Shown: positions 36,425 through 44,083 of the stretch, piece after piece
Layout of the letters: every line of letters starts with the position of its first letter
How positions within the stretch are numbered: the stretch's first letter is position 1
Virus record (IMG/VR): IMGVR_UViG_3300032261_000018
Span: 1 to 44,083 of that record
Reading direction: 5' to 3' (one strand)
From: a virus
Lineage: Duplodnaviria; Caudoviricetes
DNA: 44,083 bases
Position numbers and translations under genes: made by a program
The notes under the pieces: generated by a model
Told to the model about the DNA's origin: nothing
The model's input: only the letters and a program-made list of their open reading frames with translations
Database searches by the model: none

Positions 36425-37261
36425 TCAGAGCGGATGTCCGGCTTCGAGCTGGGCACCGACGGTCGGGGCACCGTGCTGATACGAGGTCTTGTGCGTCATC
36501 TCCTTGCCCTGCCCCCAGAGCTTCTCGACGTTCAGACCGACGTGGACATGCGGCCCACCACCCACGTTGTGATCGAGTACGTCTCCCAGCTTTGCCCCCC
36601 GGCTGAAGGTCTTACCAACAGCAGGGGCAGCCACCAGATGACCGAACCAGTACTGGATCTTGGATCGGCCGAGCGCGTAGAAAGCGGCACCTGGATCTGA
36701 ACCAGAGGCGCGAGTAACTTCCAAGTCCTCGGGGGCGAGGATGTCGCGCCCGGCAGCGAAGGCATCATCGAAGGCAGGGTAGAGCGGGATGCCGCCGGTC
36801 GCGTGCGTGAGGTCGTGGGCGAGGACTGACTTCCCGTCTCCCCACACCGGCCCCAGATCGGGAACGCCCGAGGCCGGTGGCTTAGGGGGCGGTGGCTTGT
36901 AGTCGCGGTACAAGTCCGCGCCGTACTCGTCCCAGACCGGCTCGCCCTTGTCCGACATCATGTTCCCGCGCCAGTCGCTCGCGGGAACCTGCTGCCACTT
37001 CAGCTTCTCGTGCGTGGCCGAGTTGTAGACGCCCGTGCAGTCGAGGCCGCTTGCGAACTGGAAGCCGACGATGCCCGGCCCGCGCTTCGCATCCCCGAGC
37101 GCGAAGCGGTAGTTGTAGTCGGTGTCGTACTCGTCCCAGTCCCAGTAGCCCGCCCGTGCGAGCGCGCGCTTGACCGCGCGCACGTCCTCGCCCTTCGGCA
37201 CCGGCCCCGCGTCGTGCTCGGGGAAGTAGAGGTTCCGCTTGTGCGAACCGGGGTCAGCCAT
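36425..37261 (-). CDS. endolysin: peptidoglycan-binding domain + M23-like peptidase (278 aa)
   Basis: GEDVRAVKRAL..FQ...GL..TG; YWFGHL...GPHVH. Confidence 0.75.
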   Translation of the reverse strand: MADPGSHKRNLYFPEHDAGPVPKGEDVRAVKRALARAGYWDWDEYDTDYNYRFALGDAKRGPGIVGFQFASGLDCTGVYNSATHEKLKWQQVPASDWRGNMMSDKGEPVWDEYGADLYRDYKPPPPKPPASGVPDLGPVWGDGKSVLAHDLTHATGGIPLYPAFDDAFAAGRDILAPEDLEVTRASGSDPGAAFYALGRSKIQYWFGHLVAAPAVGKTFSRGAKLGDVLDHNVGGGPHVHVGLNVEKLWGQGKEMTHKTSYQHGAPTVGAQLEAGHPL

Positions 37262-38138
37262 TGTCGTGGTCGTCCTTCAAGATCTGGAGCGTCCGTTGAA
37301 GCTTGTCCCAGGGCTTCCACTGGTCGAGGGGAACGGAGGCGAGCACGGAGATGTCCTGCCACTTCCCGCCTTCCTTCTTCAGCAGCGTGCCCGAGGGACT
37401 GAGGTCGCGCATCAGGTTGACCCCCGCCTTGATCCCGTCCTGGAACCCGATCTGGGTCACAGCTCCTCCTGTCGGTGGCTTGAAGCCCGACTCCTTGCAG
37501 GCGATCCTATCGCCCTTGTCCGACCAGCTCGCGTAGAGCTGACCGATGTCGTCGGCCGTGTACACGCCGTAGGGCGTGAGCCGGTCGTACCAGTCCGGGT
37601 TCGAGTCCCCGTAGGAGCCGAAGGTGGAGACGACGCAGCGCACCCCGACCCGGTACCACTCCTCGCGCACCGCCTCGGCTTCCTGCGACCAGCGCAGTCC
37701 GAAGACCTGCGGCAGCACCGGCACCTTGATCGGTCGCCAGTCCACGGTCGCGAACGGCCACGGTTCCATCGAGAGCGCCCAGTCCTCGAAGCCGCAGACC
37801 TCTGCGATGTAGCTGGTCAGGTCGGCTCCCGTGTCCTTCAGTTCTGACTCGGAGTTGACGATGAAGGGTGCATTCCAGAGATCGGCGATAGCGATGAGGT
37901 TGTTGAGGCGCTCGGGATCGAACGCGCCCTGCCCGCCGACGGCGGTGCGAAGCCACGGCCCGCACACGACCGAGTGCTGCGCGGCGCGCTCCCGAATGAA
38001 CTCCCAGTCCGAGGCGGGGAAGTCGCCGACGTTGCAGAAGATCGCGCCGAAGCCCGCGCTCACCATCGCCTCGATGTCCTCGACCCCGCCGCGCGGGTTG
38101 CGGAGGAACAGGTGATTGCGTTCGAGGAAGACGCTCAC
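37254..38138 (-). CDS. putative TIM-barrel glycoside-hydrolase-like lysis protein (294 aa)
   Basis: AGF.AI..N, GPW, FIVNSE, LPQVF alternating beta/alpha pattern; in the lysis cassette. Confidence 0.45.
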   Translation of the reverse strand: MSVFLERNHLFLRNPRGGVEDIEAMVSAGFGAIFCNVGDFPASDWEFIRERAAQHSVVCGPWLRTAVGGQGAFDPERLNNLIAIADLWNAPFIVNSESELKDTGADLTSYIAEVCGFEDWALSMEPWPFATVDWRPIKVPVLPQVFGLRWSQEAEAVREEWYRVGVRCVVSTFGSYGDSNPDWYDRLTPYGVYTADDIGQLYASWSDKGDRIACKESGFKPPTGGAVTQIGFQDGIKAGVNLMRDLSPSGTLLKKEGGKWQDISVLASVPLDQWKPWDKLQRTLQILKDDHDNG

Positions 38139-38599
38139 TCGCCGGAGTCTACGAGCCGGAGCTGGGGAGCGATGCCGTCTACCTGCACGCACACGACCCT
38201 GACCCCGACCGGGCGCTCGGCGTCGGCGAAGAACTTGTGTGCCTGGAGGTCGGCGACCTGGGCGTCGTCCGAGAAGACGATCCCGGTCAGCGCATCGAGG
38301 ACGGCACGCGAGAGCTTGTCGATGTCCGGGCGAGTCGCGGGCACGGTGGGGGCGGACGGCTTGAGCTGCGAGGAGTTGCGCCCGCTTCCGAAGTGCATCT
38401 TCGGACGCGGGAGGAAGAAGGCGAGCCTGACCGCGACCGCTTCCCGCCAGGGGCCGCCCAGCATCGCGTGGTGGGCGGCGAGCGCGATCTCCTGCCGCCA
38501 GGGCTTGAGCGTGGCCTGGTTCGACTCGACGAGCGCCTTCCCGAACAGGCGCTTCGATCCCTGCGGGATCGGCTGCCCCAGGACGATGAAGGAGATCAC
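38135..38599 (-). CDS. rusA: RusA-family Holliday junction resolvase
   Basis: G.P.PQGSKR, RPDIDKLSRAVLDAL..DDAQV. Confidence 0.9.
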   Translation of the reverse strand: MISFIVLGQPIPQGSKRLFGKALVESNQATLKPWRQEIALAAHHAMLGGPWREAVAVRLAFFLPRPKMHFGSGRNSSQLKPSAPTVPATRPDIDKLSRAVLDALTGIVFSDDAQVADLQAHKFFADAERPVGVRVVCVQVDGIAPQLRLVDSGE

Positions 38600-38700
38600 C
38601 GGAAGATCCGAAGCGCGGCGATCACTCCCAGCAGGATCAGCAGGACGAGCAGGATCAGATCCGTCTTGTCGAAGGGCGGGGGGTAGCGGCGGTAGCTCAC
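38596..38700 (-). CDS. single-TM peptide (34 aa)
   Basis: GTGA overlaps at both ends; DLILLVLLILLGVIAAL. Confidence 0.55.
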   Translation of the reverse strand: MSYRRYPPPFDKTDLILLVLLILLGVIAALRIFR

Positions 38701-38840
38701 TTCGCCTGCCAGTCGTTGCAGGTCATGCCGCCTGCGACCCCGCGCTTGAACATCTTGCACCAGCCCGCCTTGGTGAAGGCAGAGCAGTTCGCGCACTTCT
38801 TAGGCCCGGTCGCCTTGCGGTAGTTCGGCGGCTGCGCCAT
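38697..38840 (-). CDS. HiPIP-like 4-Cys microprotein (47 aa)
   Basis: NY...KCANCSAF...GWCKMF...V..GMTCNDW; AAGGAG SD. Confidence 0.6.
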   Translation of the reverse strand: MAQPPNYRKATGPKKCANCSAFTKAGWCKMFKRGVAGGMTCNDWQAK

Positions 38841-38982
38841 CTCGCTCCTTCCTCCGGCACGCCTCGTGGGCACGACGGAAGTCCTTGACCGCCGTCATCG
38901 GGTTCGGGCCGTGGTACTCGAAGAGTGCCTTGCACCCAGGACAGCTCTCGCGGATGGTCGCGGTCTGCGCGCGCGCCTTCAC
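38800..38982 (-). CDS. small Zn-binding protein (60 aa)
   Basis: CPGC...HEAC. Confidence 0.5.
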   Translation of the reverse strand: MKARAQTATIRESCPGCKALFEYHGPNPMTAVKDFRRAHEACRRKERDGAAAELPQGDRA

Positions 38983-39209
38983 TGGCTCCCTCGCAACCGC
39001 TCGACCTCGCGCTCGGCGGCTTCGGCCCGCTTGAGGGCGTTGTTGACGACGATCAGATCATCTACATGCTGCCGCCCCGCAGCCTCCAGGCGAGCGGCGA
39101 GGGTGTCGAGGGCGGGATAAGCACCGGCATGATCGGTGTCGTGAACGCACGCTTCGTCTATCGCCTCGCGCACCGTCGCCAGCAGTTCCTCGGTGCTCGG
39201 CTCGCTCAC
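38979..39209 (-). CDS. coiled-coil hypothetical protein (76 aa)
   Basis: GAGGAG SD, GTGA overlap. Confidence 0.6.
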   Translation of the reverse strand: MSEPSTEELLATVREAIDEACVHDTDHAGAYPALDTLAARLEAAGRQHVDDLIVVNNALKRAEAAEREVERLRGSQ

Positions 39210-39370
39210 TTCTCCTCGCGGATCAGGACGATGCCTGCGCGCTCCGCTGCCTCCTCGATCCCGGCGATGACGGGCGCGGCGTCGGTGTCCACCGAGACGG
39301 TGAGCTTCAGCCCGAAGAGCGCCTGCTCGGGGATCTTGGTCAGCCGCCAGGTTGTCCGGTGCTCGTTCAT
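39206..39370 (-). CDS. hypothetical protein (54 aa)
   Basis: GAAGGAG SD; MNEHRTTWRLTKIPEQALFG... Confidence 0.6.
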   Translation of the reverse strand: MNEHRTTWRLTKIPEQALFGLKLTVSVDTDAAPVIAGIEEAAERAGIVLIREEK

Positions 39371-39792
39371 CTCGACTCCTTCTGTCGCTTGCGGAAAGCT
39401 TCCAGGAACGCGGCCTGCACCTGCTCCTTCTGGGTGAGGCGAACATCCTCCTGTGCCATCGCCTGCTGGATTCGAGGGTCGGCGGCAAGCTGCGCCGTGG
39501 CCTCCTCGGCGAGGCGGCGCTCAGTGGCGTCCCACTCGTCGCGCTCGGGCGTCCCCCGAGGCCCGTGCATCTTGTCGGTCAGGGGCGTAGGATCGGGAGG
39601 CGTCTCCGAGTCGGCGGGTTCTCGGGGCAGCGAGGCGAGCACGTCCTCCTCGTTCAGGAGGTCGGAGGCGGTGACGAGTGCGGGCAGCTCGATCTCGTCG
39701 TTCCGCCCGGGGCGCTGCTTTGGCCCGACACGCCGCGACTCCCCCACGCCTGCTGCCTGCGCCAGCTCCTCGTCACTCGGAATCTCGCTCAC
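39367..39792 (-). CDS. acidic hypothetical protein (141 aa)
   Basis: AAGGAG SD, GTG. Confidence 0.65.
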   Translation of the reverse strand: MSEIPSDEELAQAAGVGESRRVGPKQRPGRNDEIELPALVTASDLLNEEDVLASLPREPADSETPPDPTPLTDKMHGPRGTPERDEWDATERRLAEEATAQLAADPRIQQAMAQEDVRLTQKEQVQAAFLEAFRKRQKESR

Positions 39793-39925
39793 GCTTCTCC
39801 TTCTCCTTGGTCACGTCGATGGCACGCTGGACGACTTGCCTGACCCATGATGGGACATCGGTGTAGAGGAGGTGCTCCTTCAGAAATCGCTCGTCTGCCG
39901 CCCTGATGTAGACCACAACCTTCAT
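39773..39925 (-). CDS. ribbon-helix-helix (Arc/CopG-like) regulator (50 aa)
   Basis: MKVVVYIRAADERFLKEHLLYTDVPSWVRQVVQRAID: strand-helix-helix; AAAAGGAG upstream. Confidence 0.5.
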   Translation of the reverse strand: MKVVVYIRAADERFLKEHLLYTDVPSWVRQVVQRAIDVTKEKEKRERDSE

Positions 39926-40179
39926 GGTCTACCAGTCTACTCCTTTTGGTACACTAGTCCACCGCCCAGGGGAAGGGGATCGGAGCCGCCTTCAGGTGGC
40001 CGCTCCGTAGGGCGCGAGGGGGCTGCTGCGGTGGCCCCCTTCGCGTATCGGGAGGCCGTGTGAGGGCCTGGTTTTGGTAGGCCCCTGGCGAGATGCTGGG
40101 CGGTGTGCTGGCGCGGGAGGAACGGTACGAACTTGAGGCTCAACCGCCGCTCGCGCGCGAGGGGGAATACCCTCCGGCC

Positions 40180-40785
40180 CTAGGCCGGAGGCGTATCGCC
40201 TGCGTTGGTGCGGCCTATGCCCATCCGTTGTGTGAGCGCACGCAGCTCGGCTAGGCCGAGCTGATTGACCCCCTCCTCGTCGAGCGGCATGGAAACTTCG
40301 AGCGAAGCTCGCTCGACTGGTTCGACCGCATCGAGGAGTGCGAGTGCAGTCTTCGACTGCAAGGCCGACGACGCCGACGGGTCGTGGATCGGCGCAAGCG
40401 CCGCCGCGACGACCCGCTCCCGCTCTACGAACACCGCACTCCGAAGGAGTGATCTCGCTGTAGCGTTTCGGGTTATACCGAGTTCAAGTCGGAGGGCGGC
40501 ACGCCTTCGGCGTGAAGCGACCGACGCGGCACGGCCCCTGAGCGACCATTCGGCCGGACTGGAGGCTACGCCTCCAGCCGAGGGTTCGTGAGCGTTGCAG
40601 AAGTCGGAGTCAGCCCTACGGGCTGCGCCACAGTGTTCGCCGTCGCGTTTGAGTGCCCAGCATCCCCGCGCTCCGGGCGAGTCGGCTCGCGTCGCGTAGC
40701 GAGGCTGTGGCAGCTCCTTCGGAGCTTCAAGCGCGAGTGGTTGCGCCACCCGCAAACCCGCATCGCGCCTTGCATCGCGAGGCAT
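40180..40785 (-). CDS. putative terminase small subunit/Zn-finger protein (201 aa)
   Basis: CWALKRDGEHC...FCNAH Zn motif; first gene of the late arm. Confidence 0.45.
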   Translation of the reverse strand: MPRDARRDAGLRVAQPLALEAPKELPQPRYATRADSPGARGCWALKRDGEHCGAARRADSDFCNAHEPSAGGVASSPAEWSLRGRAASVASRRRRAALRLELGITRNATARSLLRSAVFVERERVVAAALAPIHDPSASSALQSKTALALLDAVEPVERASLEVSMPLDEEGVNQLGLAELRALTQRMGIGRTNAGDTPPA

Positions 40786-40791
40786 CGCAAC

Positions 40792-40820
40792 ACTCTATCG
40801 CACCAGCCCCTTCGGGGCTG
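40792..40820 (-). promoter_or_regulatory. Leaderless late-promoter candidate with inverted repeat
   Basis: TAGAGT 6 nt before the ATG at 40785, no SD; CAGCCCC-GAA-GGGGCTG at 40804-40820. Confidence 0.45.
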
Positions 40821-40867
40821 AAATGTTCAGGGTTGTAAGGATTGTGTTCGGATCAGCCTCGGCACCC

Positions 40868-40896
40868 TTGACAACGATGCATCCTTGCCCTACCTT
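40868..40896 (+). promoter_or_regulatory. sigma70/HrdB-type early promoter
   Basis: TTGACA-17 nt-TACCTT. Confidence 0.75.
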
Positions 40897-40902
40897 CGGT
40901 AA

Positions 40903-41315
40903 TGCCCCGACGGCGAATCAGGGTCAGCGAAGCTGAGTAGCCGAATCGGGTCGAGGGTTCCGAGCCGTAGGCCGGGAATGAGCCTGGTCAAGCGTGACGC
41001 CGCATCCCCTCGTAATCCCGAGTCATGGGGGATCGAAGATCCCTTGTCAGGTCGCTGAGCCGACCGACGCTATGGCGCTGCACCGAAGGTGAGCCACGCT
41101 GAGAGGCGTGGAAGCCGGTTGCGCTAGGCCGTCGGAACGACGGCAGAGGACGATCTGGCAAGGAGGACATCTTCGATGTCCTGGCGGCGGAAGCCGCATG
41201 GCTCACACATGGATACGGACATGTGCAGCGACTCCTTGAGTCGCCCAGCTTCGCGCTGAGCGGCTCTGGAAGCCGTTGCTTCCCAGCCTCGAAGAGGCTG
41301 ACCCGACAGAAAGGA
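40903..41315 (+). ncRNA. Candidate structured non-coding RNA/leader (~410 nt), family not recognised
   Basis: More than 10 closely spaced hairpins after the promoter; no credible ORF. Confidence 0.55.
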
Positions 41316-41321
41316 CGCATC

Positions 41322-41555
41322 ATGGATCGAGCTTCGCTCGATACCTCGCCGCTTCGCTGCGGCGGGTTCATCGTCGAAGACGATGCCCAGCGTCGTCTCG
41401 ACTCAGCCCGTGCCGTCTATCGACGGCAGTACGACAAGGGCTACTCGCTCTCCGAGCGAGGCGAGTCAGACCGTGCCCAGCGCATTCTGGATCAGGCCAA
41501 TGCCGCTCTGCGGCAAGCCGAGTTCGGATACGCCAGGTCGCGAGGACGAGTCTGA
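41322..41555 (+). CDS. first early protein (77 aa)
   Basis: ACCCGACAGAAAGGA SD motif. Confidence 0.7.
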   Translation: MDRASLDTSPLRCGGFIVEDDAQRRLDSARAVYRRQYDKGYSLSERGESDRAQRILDQANAALRQAEFGYARSRGRV

Positions 41556-41638
41556 TGACTCGTCCTGAGAGAGTCATCGCCTGGGCATTCCTGCTCGGGC
41601 CGCTCGTGCTTGGCACCGCCTACCTCATCACTCTGTGA
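41555..41638 (+). CDS. single-TM peptide (27 aa)
   Basis: TGATG coupling; hydrophobic. Confidence 0.55.
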   Translation: MTRPERVIAWAFLLGPLVLGTAYLITL

Positions 41639-41793
41639 TGAGAACTCTGGCCCGGTTCGTCAACTGGATGCCGGAGTGGCTGGAGCGGCTGCTCGCGCTG
41701 CCGATGCTTGTCATCGGCAGTCTGCTGCTTCTGGCTGGTGGCTACGCAGTAGCCATCGTGGTCGGTCTGACCTTGCACCTGCTCATCTCCTGA
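41638..41793 (+). CDS. membrane peptide (51 aa)
   Basis: TGATG coupling; long hydrophobic stretch. Confidence 0.55.
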   Translation: MRTLARFVNWMPEWLERLLALPMLVIGSLLLLAGGYAVAIVVGLTLHLLIS

Positions 41794-41876
41794 CCCTGCA
41801 CGGAGCACTCCGCAAGGAGTGCTCTACGGAGTGTCAGAAGCTCCCTGCACCTTCGGTGCAGCCCGACAGAAAGGAG
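41791..41876 (+). repeat. Structured intergenic element, same family
   Basis: TGACCCT-GCAC-GGAGCACTCC-GCAA-GGAGTGCTCT-ACGG-AGTGTCA; alternative GGAG/CTCC; GCCCGACAGAAAGGAG. Confidence 0.85.
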
Positions 41877-41881
41877 CTGTC

Positions 41882-43192
41882 ATGCCCGTCGAATACGACG
41901 AGCAACTCGACCTCGAAGAGGTCGAGCAAGTCGAAGTCTTCACCTGTCCTCGCTGCGGTGCTGAGCACAGCTCAGAGGATGCGGCAGACGAATGCTGTCC
42001 CGTCTTCACCTGCGACTTCTGCGAAGCAGAGTACTCGGACGAAGACGAGGCGTACGACTGCTGTCGCCACTACTGCGGCGAGTGCGGTACGGAGTACCGC
42101 GATGAGGAAGAGGCTCTCGACTGCTGCCGCTACCACTGTCCTGAGTGCGGTTCCTCGTATGACTACGAGGAACAGGCGATGGACTGCTGCGGCAGCTATG
42201 GCCGTTACAACGGCCAGATCCCGCTGCTCCCGGACGTTGACCCTTACAGGGTCACTGTGCCGAGTCTTCCAGGCCGCCCCGCACGGCTCTGCTCTATCGA
42301 GCAAGAGCTGGCGAGCGGCGGATCGTTGGTGGCTCGGCTGCTCTACGAGATCGGAGCCTCTCCTTACGGAGAGATCCAGGGTTATCACTCTGGAGCTGGT
42401 GGCCGTGGAACGGCCCACGTCGAGAGCGACGGCTCGCTGCCCAGCGGCGGTGGCGAAGTGGTCTACGACCGCTTCGACCTCTCAGAGACTCGGGACGTGG
42501 ATCAGCTCTCGCTCTGCCTGACGAAGATCAGGCAGCTTCGGGATCTGCCGGAGCGTCCCGTAGGGACGAGCTACGCCGCTGGCATTCACGTCCACATCGC
42601 GGCACGAGCCGTTGACGGCTCGACGCTGACTCCTCGTGATGTCACAGCTCTTTACGAGCTGTGGAGCTACGCCGAGGACATGCTCTACGCGCTGTCCGCT
42701 GCCGGTTGGCAGCGACATCGACAGCCGAGAACGAGCGACGAACCCTACTCCAGTGGGTACTGCAAGGCAGTACCCAAGGTCGAAGGGAAGGCCACGCCGA
42801 CGAAGGTGTGGAACGTGATGCGCCGTGACCGATACTTCGGTCTGAACTTCCAGTCGCTCTTCAACAGCATCGGACGCTGCTCCTGTGGAGCAGCCACGAT
42901 GGGTGACTGGGAGAGCTGCGAATGCGGAGCATTCGACAAGGCCACGGTCGAGTGGCGAGTTTTCAACTCGTCCACTCTGCCGAGAACGATCCATGCCTGG
43001 ACTGTTCTGGCTCATGCCATGACGGCTTACGCCGTCAACCACGAGCTTGGCTCGCTTCCCGTGAACGCCTACGGGTCGCAGGACGCTTCTGAGAAGCGTC
43101 AAGTGCTGAACCATCTGCTCGACGTTCTGCCGCTCACCGATGGTGAGCGTGAGCTGATCGAGGACGCAGCGGATCGCAGCCCAGGGCTGTAA
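41882..43192 (+). CDS. putative amidoligase (COOH-NH2 ligase) with four N-terminal Cys-rich repeats (436 aa)
   Basis: IEQE, ESDGSL...GEVV, AGIHVH, RY.GLN, TVEWR.F motifs. Confidence 0.8.
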   Translation: MPVEYDEQLDLEEVEQVEVFTCPRCGAEHSSEDAADECCPVFTCDFCEAEYSDEDEAYDCCRHYCGECGTEYRDEEEALDCCRYHCPECGSSYDYEEQAMDCCGSYGRYNGQIPLLPDVDPYRVTVPSLPGRPARLCSIEQELASGGSLVARLLYEIGASPYGEIQGYHSGAGGRGTAHVESDGSLPSGGGEVVYDRFDLSETRDVDQLSLCLTKIRQLRDLPERPVGTSYAAGIHVHIAARAVDGSTLTPRDVTALYELWSYAEDMLYALSAAGWQRHRQPRTSDEPYSSGYCKAVPKVEGKATPTKVWNVMRRDRYFGLNFQSLFNSIGRCSCGAATMGDWESCECGAFDKATVEWRVFNSSTLPRTIHAWTVLAHAMTAYAVNHELGSLPVNAYGSQDASEKRQVLNHLLDVLPLTDGERELIEDAADRSPGL

Positions 43193-43275
43193 CCCTGCAC
43201 GGAGCACCGCGAAAGCGGTGCTCTACGGAGGGTTTCACTCTCCCGGCTCTTCGGAGCCGACCCGACAGGAAGGAG
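43191..43275 (+). repeat. Structured intergenic element, same family
   Basis: AACCCT-GCAC-GGAGCACCGC-GAAA-GCGGTGCTCT-ACGG-AGGGTT; alternative GGAGGG/CTCTCC; ACCCGACAGGAAGGAG. Confidence 0.85.
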
Positions 43276-43283
43276 TCCACACG

Positions 43284-44083
43284 ATGTGTGGAATCGCTGG
43301 CGTGTATCTGCGTGATCCTCACGCGAAGGCAGACCTCGACGGGATGCTGACGACGATGCTCGAAGAGATCGAGCATCGAGGAGGAGACGCGACCGGATTC
43401 GTCGCTCTTGGCGACGAAGGCGTGACGGAGTGGCAGAAGGCTGCTTGCGACAGCAAGGACTTCAACCGCTATCGCCGCTCGATCCCAGAGGGATCGAGGT
43501 CGTTCCTCGCTCACACTCGCTGGGCAACCCAAGGGTTGCCTGCCTTCGTGGAGAACAACCACCCCCTGAGAAGGGGGTCGTTCTTCGTCGTCCACAACGG
43601 CCACATCTCGAACGACGACCAGCTCTTCGAGCTGGCCGGTCGGGAGCGATTCGGCCAGGTGGACAGTGAGGCAATCCCAGCCCGTCTCGCGAGCTTTGGC
43701 AAGCTCGCAGCGGCACCCAAGCTCATGGCAGAGCTTCACGGAGCAGCGGCGATAGCCGCTGTGGACGAGAAGAACCCGCATGAGTTGGTGCTCGCACGAG
43801 GTTCGAGCAGCCCGCTCTTCGTCCTTCAGACGAAGAAGTACGTGCTGTTCGGCTCGACCTGGAAGACCGTCTCGGAGGCATACACGAAGCACATCGGTCG
43901 CCTTCCCAAGAAGGCGAAGATCACCAACGTCCCCGAGGGGACGGTGCTTCACTTCGTGGACGGGAAGGTCACGAAGATGACCTTCAAGACGTGGCAGCCA
44001 CCGCTGCCGAAGCACAAGACGATCCCGTGGAAGGCAACTTCCACGGAGGTCGCAACCTACTCGTTCCCCTCGTCCTTCTTCGC
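43284..44083 (+). CDS. class II (Ntn) glutamine amidotransferase, N-terminal part; continues at 1..250 (349 aa total)
   Basis: MCGIAG, HRG.DATG, AHTRWATQG, NNHP, HNGHI.N, DSE. Confidence 0.92.
   Translation, partial: MCGIAGVYLRDPHAKADLDGMLTTMLEEIEHRGGDATGFVALGDEGVTEWQKAACDSKDFNRYRRSIPEGSRSFLAHTRWATQGLPAFVENNHPLRRGSFFVVHNGHISNDDQLFELAGRERFGQVDSEAIPARLASFGKLAAAPKLMAELHGAAAIAAVDEKNPHELVLARGSSSPLFVLQTKKYVLFGSTWKTVSEAYTKHIGRLPKKAKITNVPEGTVLHFVDGKVTKMTFKTWQPPLPKHKTIPWKATSTEVATYSFPSSFF

Overview
The window reads as a complete, circularly permuted, GC-rich tailed-phage genome, most likely a podovirus-like phage of an actinobacterial host (host is inference). The class II glutamine amidotransferase ORF that runs off the right edge (from 43284) continues in frame through base 1 to a stop at 250. 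There are two divergent arms. The + strand early/middle arm (about 40.9 kb, across the junction, to 10.8 kb) carries an amidoligase + GATase pair, DUF932, an HExxH protein, an SSB-like protein, a PD-(D/E)xK nuclease and an HNH-like protein. The - strand late arm (40.8 kb down to 10.9 kb) carries a TerS-like gene, RusA, lysis genes, a cluster of tiny basic proteins, TerL, portal, scaffold, capsid, adaptor/nozzle, tail fibres and large ejected proteins. I recognised no integrase, DNA polymerase, primase, helicase, tRNA or CRISPR array. The most striking unexplained signal is a family of at least 7 intergenic RNA-like hairpins in the early arm. Each starts at the upstream stop codon and has covarying stems and a conserved U-G...G-A (G.G mismatch) position. 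In six of them the 3' arm can refold into a mutually exclusive hairpin, just before a conserved CCGACAG(A/G)AAGG translation-start motif. The early arm also opens with a ~400-nt hairpin-dense non-coding leader. All protein calls come from motif recognition by eye; no searches were run.
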